DNA of 64,000 nt from the human T2T-CHM13v2.0 reference genome, Homo sapiens: NCBI RefSeq assembly GCF_009914755.1, contig NC_060929.1. One strand, 5' to 3'. The notes under the pieces were generated by a model that was not told where the DNA came from, made no database searches, and saw only the letters and a program-made list of their open reading frames with translations. The translations under genes were made by a program, and so were the position numbers. The number at the start of each line of letters is the position of its first letter. The stretch's first letter is position 1. This document shows positions 37,409 to 53,672 of this stretch, in pieces.

Positions 37409-37722
37409 AAATCACACCATTTAACAATCTCAGTATAACTTGGTTCATAAATTGGGGCAGGAAATCACAGGTTTGGTGGGTGGCCCAAAATTTCTCCAAG
37501 TGGATTAGCTTTCCCCTTAAAGGCTTGGGAGAAAATCTTTCCTCTAGAAATATATGATCATAAAACACTATTTCAGTACTTTGAAATAAAGTGTATATTA
37601 AAGAGTACTCTCTGTACAGGTTTTGTTTATGTCAGTTTTTAATAAACATAAACATGGGGAAAATTCACATGATAGTAAAAACAATTTTTTTTCCTGTTTA
37701 AGCATTTTTATCTTTTTAAATT
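37409..37722. repeat. Long inverted repeat, right arm (partner 35538-35850)
   Basis: Same alignment; includes a 126-bp perfect run (37427-37552). Confidence 0.95.
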
Positions 37723-38463
37723 TTTATATATTTAATATATAAAATATATATAAAATATAAATATATATTTATATTTATGATTATATAAAATTCCTATATC
37801 TTTATATTATCATTTCCATAACCATTTTAGTAAGCATCCCCAAATAGAAGTTAGGGTGTATTACTAATTCTGCTTAATATACTTTGTATACTTTTGTTTC
37901 CTATCTCAAATCTAGTTTCTATTATGTAAGTATAAGTACCCTCCATGAATTGGGTTAACATTCTAAACCATGACCAGACTGAGAGCATGACGACTAATGT
38001 GGTTTTTACTCCTAAGCTACCAGTATGGAAGATCAACATTTAAGAAGGCATTAGTCATCTGTGCTGCTGAAAATAATGGTTTCACATTAGTCTGGACCAA
38101 TTAGAAGGAGCCTATGTCTACTTGGAAGAGTTTGATTTGCAGCATAGTCCTTGGCTGCTTCTACAAGACTTGGCAAACTTTTGTTTAAGTCAGACCCTGC
38201 TTAAATGTCTAAAAGGAAACTCTTAGGCCATTATTTCCCCCTACTTTACATAATATTGCTCCATACAAACATTCCACTTTTACAAAATCATTTACTTTTT
38301 CCCAACTCTGTGATACAAATGAGTTATCTTTTCGTAACCACCAACCTCTCAGTTTTATATTTGTTAGCTCAGATCTGACATGAAAGTAAAAATTACTTAT
38401 AACCACTTTGGGATTACACAAATTTAACCTGTTCCCATGTTGTATTCAGTCCTCTGTGAAATA

Positions 38464-39729
38464 CGAGGGTACTTCAAAAAGGTCAAGGAAAAATTGAATT
38501 AAAATATAAAAATAAAAGATGCAAATTTTATTTCTCAACATAGGCTCCATTAAGGTCGAGACACTTTTCTAAGCGATAATACCAGCCATTTAGTCCATCC
38601 CTCATTTCTTTTGGAATTGAGGAATTTAGCCATGTCAGTGCAGTCTTTTTGTACCTTACTAACTGAAAAAAATGGGTATTCTTTATAGATATTTTTAAGA
38701 TCAGGAAATAAAAAGTCAGAGGAGGCAAATCAGGTTTGTAAGGGGGATGCTTAATGGCTTCCTATTGAAACTCTTGTAAAATTGCTCTGTGTGATTAGAG
38801 GAATGAGCAGGAGCTTTGTCGTAGTGGAGGAGGACTCTAGTGAAGCTTTCTTAGGTGTTTTTCTGCCAAAGTTTTGGCTAATGCTCTCAAAACACTTTCA
38901 TAATAAGCAGATGTTATCATTCTTTGGCCTCCCAGAAAGTCAGTAGGCAAAATGACTTGAACATCCCAGAACACTGTTGCCATAACCTTTGCTCGTGACT
39001 GGACCACTTTCATCTCTTGGTAGCCATTGTTCTGACTGTGCTTTGTCTTCAGGATCATACTGGTAATGCCATATTACATATCCTGTTACCATTCTTGGAA
39101 GAAATGCTTCGGAATCTTTATCCCACTCATTTAAATTTTCATTGAAAGCTCTGTTCTTGTCTGCAGTTGATCTGGGTGTTGTAAGAGTTTTGGCATCCAT
39201 CTAGTGGACAGTTTGCTGAACTTATTTCTCAATCACAATCGTGTAAGCTGAACCAATTGAGATGTCTGTGGTGTTGTCTCTGGTTTCTGCTCTTAATTTC
39301 GGTTCTCTTAGGGCATGAACAAGATTATTTTTTTCCTCTCAAATGGATGTGGATGGTCTGTCACTGTGGGCTTCATCTTCAATGTTGTCTCGTCCCTTCT
39401 TAAAACAAGTTATCCATTTGGAAACTGCTCATTTCTTTTGGGCATTGTCTCCATCAAGTCTTTATAAAACATCAATGATTTCACCACATTTCACCCACAA
39501 TTCATCTTAAATGTGATGCTTGTTCTTGCTTCACTTTTAGAAGAATTCAGTTTGCTCTGATAGGGGCTATTTTTAAATGAATGTCCTATCCTTCTTAGTG
39601 CCTCAAACTAGATCCTGTTCAGACATACTGTAAAAAGTTAGTATATTTTGGTGCAAAAGAATTTTGAAATCCATGCATAGTTTTTTCGTAATATGCATTT
39701 TTCATGAGCTTTTTGAAGAACCCTCCTTG
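38464..39729 (-). mobile_element. HSMAR2 mariner DNA transposon, near full length, transposase decayed
   Basis: Terminal inverted repeats (CGAGGGTACTTCAAAAAG ... CTTTTTGAAGAACCCTC) flanked by TA. Mariner-like peptides MVTGYVIWHYQYDPEDKAQSEQW and AKVMATVFWD lie in different frames. Confidence 0.88.
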
Positions 39730-40730
39730 TAATGTATCTTAATTCCCTATTCCATTAAATCTATGATTTTGAACCAGCCATATGTGACCTGTAATCAAAA
39801 AGTGATGTTTGATAGATGCTGTCACCATTCTGTCATTTTTCCTCATCCAAGATAGAAGATGTCTTCGAAAGCTTTGTATATGTTCCAGTCCTATAAAACA
39901 ATTCTACAAAACAATTTCAAGTTCAAAATTATTATTGAGAACTTTTAAACAGGATATTTAGAAGTTTGTTTTATTAACTTGGCCTAGGTCACAAAACTCA
40001 TTAATATTAATGACTAGACTACAGAGGCATGTAGCCTGTCTAAACATTAACAGATACAAAACATTAAACCAAATTGTGAAGCTTCGTTATGCTATGAGTC
40101 ATTTCAGGCAAAGACCAATATAGCAAGCAAAAGCTGAACAGTCCAGTTGAAATGTTTCTGATCTAAGCCTTTGACTTCTGTTTGTAGATGAAGTGGAGTT
40201 TTGAAACTGACACTCAAATTTTTTATTGACTTCATATGAATAAATGATTCATTAAAATATAATACTTGGAACTAAAGTCATCATTCAAAACAGGCATTTA
40301 TTATTAATAAACTACAGAAAAGAGAAAATTTGAGGGTACAATTTACTTTTTTTAAAGTATCTTAAAATTGCATTTATTTTCTCTTAGAGAACTTTAGATG
40401 ATATCAGTCATTACTAATGTCATAAAATGTATGTAAATATGAGCTAAGTGATGTATTTTATTTACCCAAAGATATGATCTAACAGCCTCTGCAACTGTCA
40501 CCAACCTTTCCTATAAAACAGCAATATATTAAATGATAGTGAAGAGGGTCTGAAATTTCAACCTTGAGATGCACTTACACTGTATTCAGTACAGCAGATT
40601 TATACTTCTACTTATATATCAACAACAGGTCTTTCTAACTGGCAAGTCTTGTGGTAAACATGAGAAATATGGATGCTTATTAGGTCACTTTTGGTAAATA
40701 GAACTAATAATTTGAGACATTTGTCTACAA

Positions 40731-40955
40731 TAGAGTTTGGCAAACTTTCTTCTGTAAAGCACCAAATAGTAAATTCTTTAAATTTGCAGACTATACAGCT
40801 CTGCTGTTACAACACAAAAGTAGGCTTAGACACTATATAAAAGAATGAGTGTGGCTGTGTTCCAATAAACCTTTATTTACAAAAACTGAAAGTAGGTCAG
40901 ATTTTTCCCAAAAGCTGACAGCAGGTCACACTTGGCCTGCGGACTATCAATCCCT
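40731..40955. mobile_element. MER58A-like hAT-Charlie MITE
   Basis: GGCAAACTTT..CTGTAAAG..CCAAATAGTAAAT and GGCTGTGTTCCAATAAA.CTTTATTTACAAAAAC. Confidence 0.75.
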
Positions 40956-40959
40956 GAGC

Positions 40960-42050
40960 TACATTTGCTTGATTTTCTTACTGTATACTCATTCCTCTGT
41001 TCAGCTGGGCTTGGCTTTTCCCCATCACTGCACCAAAATACTTTTGCCAATATCAGTAACATTCTCATCATTGAATTAAAATGAACACTTACCAGTCCTT
41101 GTCTCATTTGGATTCTTGGGAGCAGTTGACATTCTAATCAATCTGTCCTTAAAATTTTTTCTTTCTTTAGTGTCCCTGACCTACCTCTAGTTTTTAACCC
41201 ACCTCTCAAGGCAGTCTCTTAATTATTGGTGTGCCTTAAGGATTTATTATTGATCTTCTTGACACATTTGCCTTAAGCAGTACTTTGTGTTACTATAGCT
41301 CTAATTTCTGTCTGTTTTTCTCCCTCCTGAGCACTCTTAAGTATTAATCTGTAGCCCAGATTCCTAATTTAAATACTGAGTTTGTACATCTAATGGCCTG
41401 CTGGTATTTTCTACATGCTTATCCAAAGATACTTGGAAATACCTGTCTTAAACTGAACTTGAAATTCCCAACCTCTATTTCATCCCCAAGATTACTTCCC
41501 TCAACCCCCATTCTATCTCAATGAATGGCCCTACCCATCTTTCACTTGCCCAAGGCAGATACTTGTGCTTCATCTTTGATTCCTAACTCTTCATCTCACC
41601 CATGTCTTTCATTGAAAGAATCAGTTTTGTGGATGTACCTCCAAAATAGCTCTTAAATCTGTATGTGTTATAGTCTGTTGCTTCTATGCTAGTTCAAGCC
41701 ACCATCATCACAAATTTAAATTACTAGTAGACTGCTCTGCTTTTCCCTTTCATGTTCTCTTTTGCTGGTGGGAATATCCCCCATCCTGCTTTATTCCCAA
41801 TAATTTATCTTTCAGGTATCAGATTAGATATCAGTTCTACTAGGAATCCTTTATTGACTCCAGAATGTAGGTGTAGTGTTTGTTCTCTGTGCCCTATACT
41901 TTGCCTGTTAGGGCAAAGTATGTCATTTTGTAACCTCAGTTTATTTGTCTCTATTGGACTCGTAAGCTCAAGGAAAACAAAGATTGTACACATTGTCTTC
42001 ATCATTGCTGTAACCCCAACACCCTAGCGTGTTGCTCGTAAATCTATGTT
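40960..42050 (+). mobile_element. L2 fragment (another sense piece at ~48280-48940)
   Basis: Pyrimidine-rich; CTAGTTCAAGCCACCATCATC and TAAGCTC..GG 3'-end motifs. Confidence 0.6.
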
Positions 42051-42689
42051 GAAAACAAGTGAAATTAGTCTCAATATCCATAAAATACACCATGTTCTGT
42101 ATAAATCAAAGCACCAGAACATATCTGATGGCTTAATTTGCACTCAAAGTAAGTATATAATTAGAAAGTTGAATAAATTAATGAAATAAAGATGTCATAC
42201 TTCACAAAGTTGTATGTAGAACATCAGATCCTAAATCATAAGGCATAAACTGCTAATGGCCAGATTTGCTTCACCATATGTTAATGAGCGTACAAGTAAT
42301 CACTGTGCTTATAAGTAATATAAGTATCCCCTATTCTTATTTAATCCTGGCTCCTTTTAGAGGGAAAGTAAAGAAATAAACTGAAAAAAAAATGTATATA
42401 TATATATATGGTACTACCCTTGACCTTAAGGAACACACTATGTTTTGGAAGCCTTCATTGTAAAATGATCGTAAGTACTAACACAGGTATTCTTACTGTG
42501 CTGTACAGCACCAAAGCAAGCAGCAGGTGGATAGGAGGGGGAGAGGAAATCAGGCGAGGTTTTGCAGAGGAGGTAACACTTCAGAAGAGTCTTAAAGTAT
42601 CAGTAAGACATTGGCAGAAAGAAAAATAAAAATTAATTTCAAATAAAATATATATAAGCATGTGAAGCATGATTGAGAAATATCTTCTT

Positions 42690-42971
<282 letters not shown>

Positions 42972-43109
42972 GTATCTTCTTAATTGTCAAAGGAAAATCA
43001 AAGTGTGTTAGTAGCATTATCATATATTATGTTTTTGTGTCATACATGATTTTTTTATTCTAAATTTTAAAATCTAACCTTAATTCAGTTATTTAAATTA
43101 AGATACAAG

Positions 43110-43500
43110 CCTTGCTAAACAGAATTTTTACTGATACATGCTACAACATGGATACATCTCGAAAATATTATATTAAATGAATGAAACTGGTCACAAAAGA
43201 CCACATATATGATCCCATTTAAAATTGATAGGATTTCCAGAGTAAGCAAATCTGTTAGAACAAAGTAGATTGCTGGTTACCTAGGACCGGGAGAGGAGGG
43301 AGCAGGGGGTAAGACAGGAGAGTTGGTGGATAATAACTAAAGGACATAGGGTATCTTTTTGGGATGATGAAAATGTTCTAAAATTAATTGTGGTGATAGT
43401 TGCACAACTGTATGAACATTCTAAAAACCATTGAATTATGCACTTTAAGTGGGTGAACTGTGTGGGACATGAATATTTCCATAAAGCTGTTACCAAAAAA
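43110..43500 (+). mobile_element. Old L1MB-like 3' end
   Basis: TACTGATACATGCTACAACATGGAT, GATGATGAAAATGTTCTAAAATT motifs. Confidence 0.75.
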
Positions 43501-46500
43501 TATAAGTTAAATTCTCCAGTGTTGTTATTTTCACTAAGTTATGAAAAAAACCCATGTTCCATCCTTTATTTAGGTATCATTGTACAAACTGAACTATCAG
43601 CTGTTGCTGCATTGAATTCACAGTAGTACACAATAGACATATTTCAAACATAAAATAAAACCTTATTAGCTCCAGATATACTAAGGATTATAGAAATATA
43701 TCAACTCATTTAAACCATGTACTTTTTAGAATATGCATCATTTGTTCACTTGATTCCAAGAAGATTTTGTGAATCATAATCAGGTAATTAGGTTAGCAGA
43801 GAACTAATGTGCATGGAAAAATGAACTCCAGTTTTTATCAGTCATATTTAGTTGGAAGAGCCTCATTAGAGGTTAAAATTTTCTTCTGGATAGTTACTGC
43901 CTTAAATTAACCACATATCTTATCAAATTAGTTATTGTACCTGCCTGTCTTTAGGAATTTGGTTCCACAAGTGTTGGAGGTAAAATAGCATGTTTCCTAT
44001 TATTATGCTGCAGTTTACAATGGATTTTCAGTTGCCTGTTGTATGATAAACTCACTGCCCTTCATAACTTGAGGTAAATGCTGAACTTGCCCTTTTTAAT
44101 TTGTTGAAACAGAGCTTCCATTCACTGATAAGAAGTGTAAATTTAACTAAATTGTCAAATTAACCTCATTTAGGTGCACACATTGGTTCTCTTTTCCTTG
44201 AAGACTTACGTGACAGCACAAGATAGAGAAAAATTAAGCCTGCACATGTTTTCAGTTACCTTTTTCTTACTCTGTGAATTACATTAGGTTATTTCATTCA
44301 GGATGCCAAATACATAGTAGCTCCTGAAAGTACAAATGCATCATTTAAATTTCTGTCTATGAATCTAATGCAGTCATTTTATAAAGAAAAGAGAAACCTA
44401 AATTTGAATGTTGAGATCATAATCTTTAAAACTACACACTAGAAACAATAGAATTTCAATTTATTGTTTAAAATTTACCCAGAATCCCTCAGCCAAGATA
44501 GTAACACATGTCTTGAGAAGTTAAATAATGTACCTATTACAAATGATGTTTCAGTCATCAGATATGTACTTATCCTTAGAATAAATTATAAATACTTAGA
44601 AAAATATACCATTACCTATAGTATTGAGTACAGAAAAAGCTCCATTGTTTTTAGCTGTCAATGCTCTTTTCAACCTAGTTTCTCACTGTTAAAAAAGCTT
44701 CAAATAATCATATTCAAAACCTCTTAACTTGCTGATTATATTCAGCAACCATAGCTAAATATTTCAGTACCAAAGCTGAAAAATCATAATGGCATATCAG
44801 CACACACATAATAAATTATGGTTAATGAATACTATACAAGGTGTGTTTTGATTGGCTCCAAGTTTGTGATCTGCTCATGGATAGCACATTGTATTTTTAA
44901 GAGGAAGGAAAATATAGTGATGATATGACTGCCAAGCATATTGCTTTACACTGAAGCAAAGTGGTATTTTAGCCAAACTCAAAATGTAACATATAGACAA
45001 CAAGTCAAGTGACCTAATAGCCAAAATGAATATATCTAATTAAACATTTCATGAAAATATTTCATGCGCTCTCTTATACGATTTTTATACTGAATAAAGG
45101 TTTCTGGTCAAAGACAGTTTGTTATGTTGACAGCTAAAACTGTTGTATGTTTTAGCTAAACATGTATAAAACACAAAAGCATTTGCCTTAACCAGCTTGA
45201 GGTGGGGACCTTCAAGTGTGAGGTGCTACCTTTTTAAGCTAACTACAGAATAAATACTTAGAGTGTAATTACTATTTAGCCCATATATTTTCTGAGTAAA
45301 CAAGACTTATAAGACCTGTAAGACTACTACCATTGGGGTCAAATACTACAATATAATTAGAAAATATTGAAATCATTTAGACAAAATCCACTTATTCTGA
45401 TATTTTCCATATCCAATATTTTTTTCCTTCAGGGGAAAAATGACTTGATGTCAACTGAACTATACTAAAAGATCTAGCTAAATGAAATCACTGGTGTATG
45501 CATGTATGCCCTAGGATGTGCATGCATGCAATTGGAAGCACTGTTGGGAGAACACAAGAGACAACATGAAAAAAGACCCAGAGAGAAGTATGTAAAACCC
45601 TACTGGTACTTCCGTACTGCCTGGACATGCAGTGCATTAAGAGGATATTGAGAGATGAGTCCGTAGGAATCATGGGCCAGAGTTTGGAAGTCTTGAATGC
45701 TATGCTAACAAGTTTAGAGTTTTTGCTGCTTACATTCTTAAATAGGTAATCATTTTGTTAAACTGTACTTTTCAAAAATTAAAAGTTATTCGATTGATTT
45801 AACACTGGGAAAATGCCTTTTGTTGTGTATTCCATGTATTTGTTGCAGTTGTCCTTTTGTAACTTTTATCAAACTTTGATGTAAGCTCAGGAGTTTCCGT
45901 TTGCCCAGTGCCCTTCTTAAAGAATGGGGACATTCCTGTGAGGTTTTGGAAACTGCTGGACTGCATAATATTTTAATGAAGTCTTTGGAATCACAGGGCT
46001 TGAGGTAGCAACAGAGATCAGCTGAAATTCAGGTGAAAATGATAATTATGTAGTATATTCACTGGACTAACTTTTTTTATTTGTTTCATATTAGAATTTT
46101 AACCTGAATGAAACCTAGCTTTTTAACTTGGCAATGGTATTGCATTGATGTTTGTAAAATGCTCACAGTGGCTGTGAAAATTTTGTTGGTCTAATTGGTG
46201 TAACAGATACAAAGAGATTTGATTACATTTTTTCAGACCATTTTTGAGAAATTGAAGACTTTAACCTTGCATTACCTCTTATTATTAAGACAGTGTGACA
46301 CCCCATCCGCTATATTTATCAAAATACCCTCAGCAAAGCTTTTAAATATTTCTGTATAGAATGAGTTACTGAATGGAAGTAATTGTGCAAACTGATTAGG
46401 ACATAGGTTCTATGTATTATCTTGATATACAGGTGAAAGTGCTATAGCGATCTGAAGTTACCACAGTAATGCAATGGCAAGAACAATGACATGTTTCACT

Positions 46501-48979
46501 TTTATGTATTTTATGAGTTATTTCACCGTTATGGGCGCCATTTTCCTCATCTATTAAATAAGAGGATTGGGCAAGGATACTGCTGAAGTGTTTTGTTACT
46601 GACATTTCGTGGTTCTACCTACTTCCATTCACTAGTTTAACTTGCATACATAGGTGTACTTTTCAACATTCTTGAATCATAGAATTGGAAAGAATCTTGG
46701 GTAGCCAGGCTGCCTCACAGAAAAGTAGAAATTTATTCATTCACTCTGCCTAGGATGCTTTGCTTGCACTTTCTCAGGCTGGTGCCCTTTGAGCCAGAGC
46801 TGGTTGTGACATCAATTATTATCCCTTTGGTTGCCAAGATTGATTTCATGGTTTGGAGAGATGGGAAGAGAATCCTATTCTCCCTCGTTGCCCCACGTAC
46901 AGTTCTTCCCAAATTTGGGAGCTTAGTTATAAAAGGCAACCTGCAGACATAAAGAAGGATCTTTCTTTGGTTAAACGTCTATTCCTTGCCATGGTACATT
47001 CATCTTTGTATCATGAGCACTTTTCTCGGGCAGCACATGTTACTCTTAAATGTTTACTGAATGACTGAATATAGTGGATGACAAAAATAACTAACAGTTG
47101 TAAATGTAAGTAGAGTTTCATGGTTTATTTAGCCTATGGTGGAGCTGAAATTATATCTCTAGGTTTTTGAACAATGATGCTTAGTAAAGATTGTCAACAA
47201 ATAATAATAGAGATATTGGAATATGTTTACAATCATCTATAATTATATTGTTATAGAGAATATATCTGTAGACATATTTAATAAATGGTGCCTAATGAGT
47301 TTTGTTTTATAAACTCATTCAGTAAGACTTGAAATATTATTTACATTTTATCTCTGCCTTTTATTTCTGTAACTAAGAAGAAAACTTCCTCTTTAAGTAC
47401 CTACCAAAGTATTTTTACATTCAACTTGGACAAGAGTTTAGTACTATTTCTTTTACTGAAATATTCTATCTCCTGATTTTCTAGTTGAAAAGATAATTGC
47501 ATCATTTCTAATTCTGATATCCAATTTAAGGTTTAAAGCTAAGCAGTGTAAATTTGGTTTAATTCTTACCTAGTTTATATCTGTATTATTTAGAGGATAT
47601 TTCTGCTTGGGTAATTTGTGAAGAGGTTAATGCATTTCTGTCTTGAAAAATGTATATGTGTTCCTAATTCCTAACTAATGGGAAAACAGAGGGTATTTTT
47701 AGTGTCAGCTTTCATCAAGTCAGACCTTTCTGAAGACCTTACTGAATTCTATTTCCATGGGAATTTTGCTAATGGGTATGTGCAACATTATCTAGGTACT
47801 CATAGATAGGATTACAAATTAAAAATAAAAAGGAATGGGTGGTGAACAAACACATCTTTCTTTTCTTTTAAGAAATTGACAGAATATTAATCTTTGCACT
47901 TTCATTTTCACTTTCGTTTCACTTTGCATTGTTTTTAGATTAGGTGCAGAAAGTCCAAGTTTGGTACTAATGCATGAGATCAGCATAGACAATATAAGTA
48001 ATGCATTTATTAAGGAAGTTCTTAGTTGTAATCTTATATGTACAAGCAGAAGAGAGAAAGTCTTCCAGTTTCTCTATATTTAGTTAACAATATTAGTGAC
48101 TTCAATGTGTTTTACAGGAAAATGGAAAATTTAAAAATAAGCCATCCAGTTGTATTGCCTGTATACTCGTTTACTGATTTATTTTGATTCATGTAATGCA
48201 TGTGCACTGTACATGTCAAAATACTGTGCAGAAAACGTTAATGAAGCTGGTGATATTCAACATTTATTGAACACCTGCATACCCTGGATATTGGAATTTC
48301 CTTATGGCTCAGCCTCAGGCTACCTCTGTTTTCATACTACTACTTTTTTTTGGTCCCATGTGATCTGGGAAAATACCTTCTTTTCCTGGGCAATTTCATG
48401 TACTTTCATGGTTTTAAATATCATCAATATATCAGTGACTCCCAAATTCTCTTTTCTGGCTCTCCAGACATATATTGTCAAGGAAATCTTGCAGATATAT
48501 CAAGCTAATTGTGTCTGAAACTGTACTTTGGATCCTGCCCTTCTTCAGATCTGCAGCTCTTAAGAATTTCTAATCTCACTCAGTTCCATCCCTCCAGCTT
48601 CTGCCAGAAACCTGAGAGTCATTTTTGACTCGTTTTATTTTTTCACTACCCTTCATCCCAATTCAAGTCTGTCATCAAGTGCTGTCTCATCTACCTCTAA
48701 ACATTACCTCAGAATTTTTCACTTTTCTCTGTCATTGCTGCCATCACATTTGATCAAGCCACTGTGTCTTGCCTGGACTAATGTAGTTTGGAGAAACTCC
48801 AAACTGGTTTCTCCATATACAGTTCAGCCAGTTCTAATTCATTTCCAAATAAAAGCCAAAGTAAGTTCTTAAATATGTAAACATAATTATATCACTCTTA
48901 TATCTAAAACTCTATAATGCTTTTACATTGCTCTTATGATAAAGATCTCTTTTATCTATCCCAGAAGAGGTGTTTGGTC

Positions 48980-49348
48980 TTAAATTAGCTTCCTAGGGCG
49001 ACCATAACAAAGTAACACAAACGAGGTAGCTTAAACAACAGAAAATTATTTTATCACAATTCTGTAGGCTAGAAGACTAAAATCAATTTGGTTTCTTCTA
49101 AAGCATCTCTCCTTGGCTTGTAAATGGTTGTCTTTCTCTGGTGTCTTTGCATGGTCTTCCTTTTGTATTATCTGTATCCTTGTCTCTTATTAGGGATACC
49201 ATTCATTTGGATTAGGGGCCACCCTCATTGACTACATTTTACCTTAATTACCTCCAAGCTCTGTCTCCAAACAAAGTCACCTCCTGTGGTACTAGGCGTT
49301 AGGACTTCAACTTAAAAATTTTGAGAACACAGAATTCAGACCATAACA
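48980..49348 (-). mobile_element. MLT1 (MaLR) solo LTR
   Basis: Characteristic TTCCTAGGGC..CCATAACAAAGTA..CTTAAACAACAGAAA..., GGATTAGGG.CCACCCT and end CCATAACA. Confidence 0.75.
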
Positions 49349-49554
49349 GAGCCTAAACTCATAGTTGATAGACGAGGAATAAACATGTACACATAGGAGC
49401 AGAGACTTCTGGTGGGTTTTGTGGGAACTAAGCAAGTTAGATTAGAGAAGATTCTGTAGAACCAAGAATGGAAGACTAAGAAAAATGTTATCCTGCTTTA
49501 TTCTCCCTTAAGCAGGTATCATTTGCAGTAGCCTCCAAAACATCTTACATATAA

Positions 49555-50102
<548 letters not shown>

Positions 50103-50189
50103 TCAAAATAACAACTTTTTAACCAAATCTGATCAATGTTTCGTATTAGTCTTACTGCATAATGGCAGTATCCATTGATACTGCTGTTA

Positions 50190-50588
<399 letters not shown>

Positions 50589-50758
50589 AATGATCAGCAA
50601 ATTTAATTTCTTTAAAATCTTTTAACCTAAAATCCAATTTTGCATTATATGAAAATATCCTTGTATCTGGTTTCTGGAAGAATGGAGATGTAATGTCATT
50701 AACTTTTATGCTAAAGACAGCTATTTTTAAAAACTACGCACAGTATCATCTAAAGGAT

Positions 50759-50818
50759 TGTATGTGTGTGTGTATGTATGTGTGTGTGTGTGTATATATA
50801 TGTATTTAGATAGATATA
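50759..50818. repeat. Compound (TG)n/(TA)n microsatellite
   Basis: tgtatgtgtgtgtgtatgtatgtgtgtgtgtgtgtatatata read directly. Confidence 0.8.
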
Positions 50819-53471
50819 CTTTGGTTTAATTCAAGATAGTTTTGGCTTATGGATGACAAGATGTGGATGTGTTTTCATAACTCACAGCTGTCGTTTATGC
50901 CATAAGGGTAATTCTCTTCTTATTCAGTATGACATAATATGCTACATTTTATTATCCAGACTATCTTTCTGACTCTGAGGAAAAAAATAGGTCCAAATAG
51001 TCAAATTCCATTATCTAATGACAGTGGTAGGCAGGAAGCACATGGATAATTATATATACATTGTCAGATTCAGCCTATGAAACTACTTTAACCAGGAGTT
51101 TCTACATTTTCCACCATGAAGTCTGTTGTTAGAGTTGCTACTGATAACTAAGATGACAGGTCTGAATTTCATTTTATTTTCTCTTTTTCTTCCCTTAACA
51201 AAGATACTAATGAACTATGAGTTGACTCATAGGCCAGAAGTATATAAAATTAAGGACGAAATATGTAGAGCCTAGACAATCCAAAGAGAAGCACCTTTAA
51301 TACTAGTAATTGAACTTTCATTGAACTTAATGCATTTCATATATCTTTGTTGGGTGGGGGCTGCAACTGGTTTGTGTTCAAACTGAAGATAAATTGTTTG
51401 AAAATCCACTTAATTGATGGATAAAACCTTCTGTACATTTTATGACAGGTAAAAAATGAAGTTAGTTGATTCTGGTTTTATAAGCAAACTTGTGACTTCC
51501 TAGTTATAGTCCTAAGGAAAGCTGAATGTGTTTTCCTCCTAAAAATGCAATGACTCCAGGGTAGCTTTTGATCAAACCCACTCCTAATATTTGTAAGACC
51601 TGAAACAAGAGTAAAAATGGAGACCCATATCATACATGTAAATGTAAAAGTCATTTAAAAAGCTACCGAACTCTTAAATGTGCTCTATACTCCTTACTTG
51701 ATAAGATAACTTCTTGATATCTTGGAAAGACAGATTTAAATTTAAAATTTTTGGACTCCTTGGGATTCTATGTCAGAACATGATAATGTGGGGAGTTGGC
51801 CCTTGGCCTGCCACCCTTTCCTTTTTATCCTGCACATCTAAGCTCCATTCTTACTTCCCCACAAAACAACTGCCCTGGGCCACCCCTTGGAAGACTATGG
51901 AGTATATGCTGTCTACAAATAGACATGAAACACTTACCACTGCTGTATTCCCCATGGTCTTCTCTAAGTCATTATGGATTGAAAGAGAAATGGCAATGAT
52001 TATGACAGACATAAGTCAGATGCTTTTCTGTATCAATTTAGATGATTATGTGTCTTTCCACCTTTATTCTGTTAATGCAGTGTAATACACTAATCAATTT
52101 TCATATGCTGAACCATGCTTGCATTGTAGAAATAAATACTACTTGTATAATGATATGTAGTATACCATGGTGTATAAACCCTTTAATGTGCTCTTGACTT
52201 TAGTTTGCTAGTGTTTTGTTGAGGATTTTTGCGTCAATACTTACGGATATTGGTCTGTAGTTTTCTTGTAGTGTCTTTGTCTGACTTTGGAACCAGGATA
52301 ATACTGGCCTCATTAGAATAAGCTTGGAAGTATCTCCTCTTGTTCAAGTTTTTGGAAGAGTTTCAGGACAATGGATGTTAATTCTTTAAATGTTTTGTAG
52401 AATTGTCCAGTGAAGCCATCTGGTCCTGGGCATTTCTTTGTTGAGGAGTTTTTAACTACTGATTCAATCTCTGTATTCATTATTGATCTGTTCATATTTT
52501 CTATTTATTCATGATTTAGTCTTAGTAGGTTGTTTCTAGGAATTTATCCATCTTGTCTTAGGTTATTCAACTTGTTAGCAAACAGTTGTTCATAGTGGTC
52601 TTTTATAACACTTTTTTATTTCTATGGCATCTGTTATAATGTCCTCTCTTTCATTTTTAATGTTAGTTATTTGGGTCTTCCTTCTTTTTTTCTTAATTAG
52701 TCTAGCTAAGGATTTGTCAATTTTATTGATCTTTTTAAAAAACTAACTCAATTTCTATGAATTTTTATATTGTTTTTTGATTTTTCTATGTCATTTATCT
52801 CTGTTGTAATCTATATTATTTTCTTCTTCCTGCTTACTTTGACCTTAGGGTTTTTTTTTTTTCCTAGTTCCTTGGATGTAAAGTTAGGTTGTTAAGTTGA
52901 GATATATATGTATTTTACATTATACACTTAACAGCTATAAACTTAACCCTTTAACACTAGTTTCACTCCATCCCAAAATTTTGGCATGTTGTGTTTTCAC
53001 TTTCATTTGTCTTAAGATATTTCCCAGTTCCAGTTCCCCTTATTACTTATTTGGCCCATTGATTGTATGAGAATGTGTTTAATTTCCACGTATTTGTAGA
53101 TTTCCCAGTTTTCCTTGTGCTACTGGTTTGTAGTTTTATTCCATTGTAATCAGAAAAGATACTTTGTATGATTTCAGTCTTCTGGAATTTAAGATTTGTT
53201 TTGTGGCCCAATGCATGGTCTTATCCCAGAGAATGTTCCATGGGTACTCAACAATACATGTTCTGCTATTTTTGATTAGAGTGTTCCGTATATGTCTGTT
53301 AGGTCTAATTGGTCTATAAGGTTATTCAAATCTTGTTTCCTTGTTGATTTTCTGAATAATTCTGTTCATTGTTGAAAGTGGAATATTGAAGTCTCCTACT
53401 ATTATTGTGTTGTTGTCAAATTTCTTCAATCCTGCCAAAGTTTGTTCCATATATTTAGATTCATGTAAATA

Positions 53472-53672
53472 CAGTAAGTCCTCATATAACATTGTGATAG
53501 GTTCTTGGAAATTGCATCTTTAAGCAAAACAATGTACAGCAGGCTTTTAAATAATGTCATTTTGTTCAGTGTCCTTTTATCATAATGTTGAGGGAAAAAA
53601 TGGCTTTGTTGTTTGTACTTTTTCTTAAAGCTGCAGTTTTCAAAAAACTGTGACAACATTGAGAACTTACTG
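53472..53672. mobile_element. MER6B-like TcMar-Tigger MITE nested in the old L1
   Basis: TA|CAGTAAGTCCTC ... GAGAACTTACTG|TA termini, ~200 bp, internal CAGCAGG motif. Confidence 0.75.
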
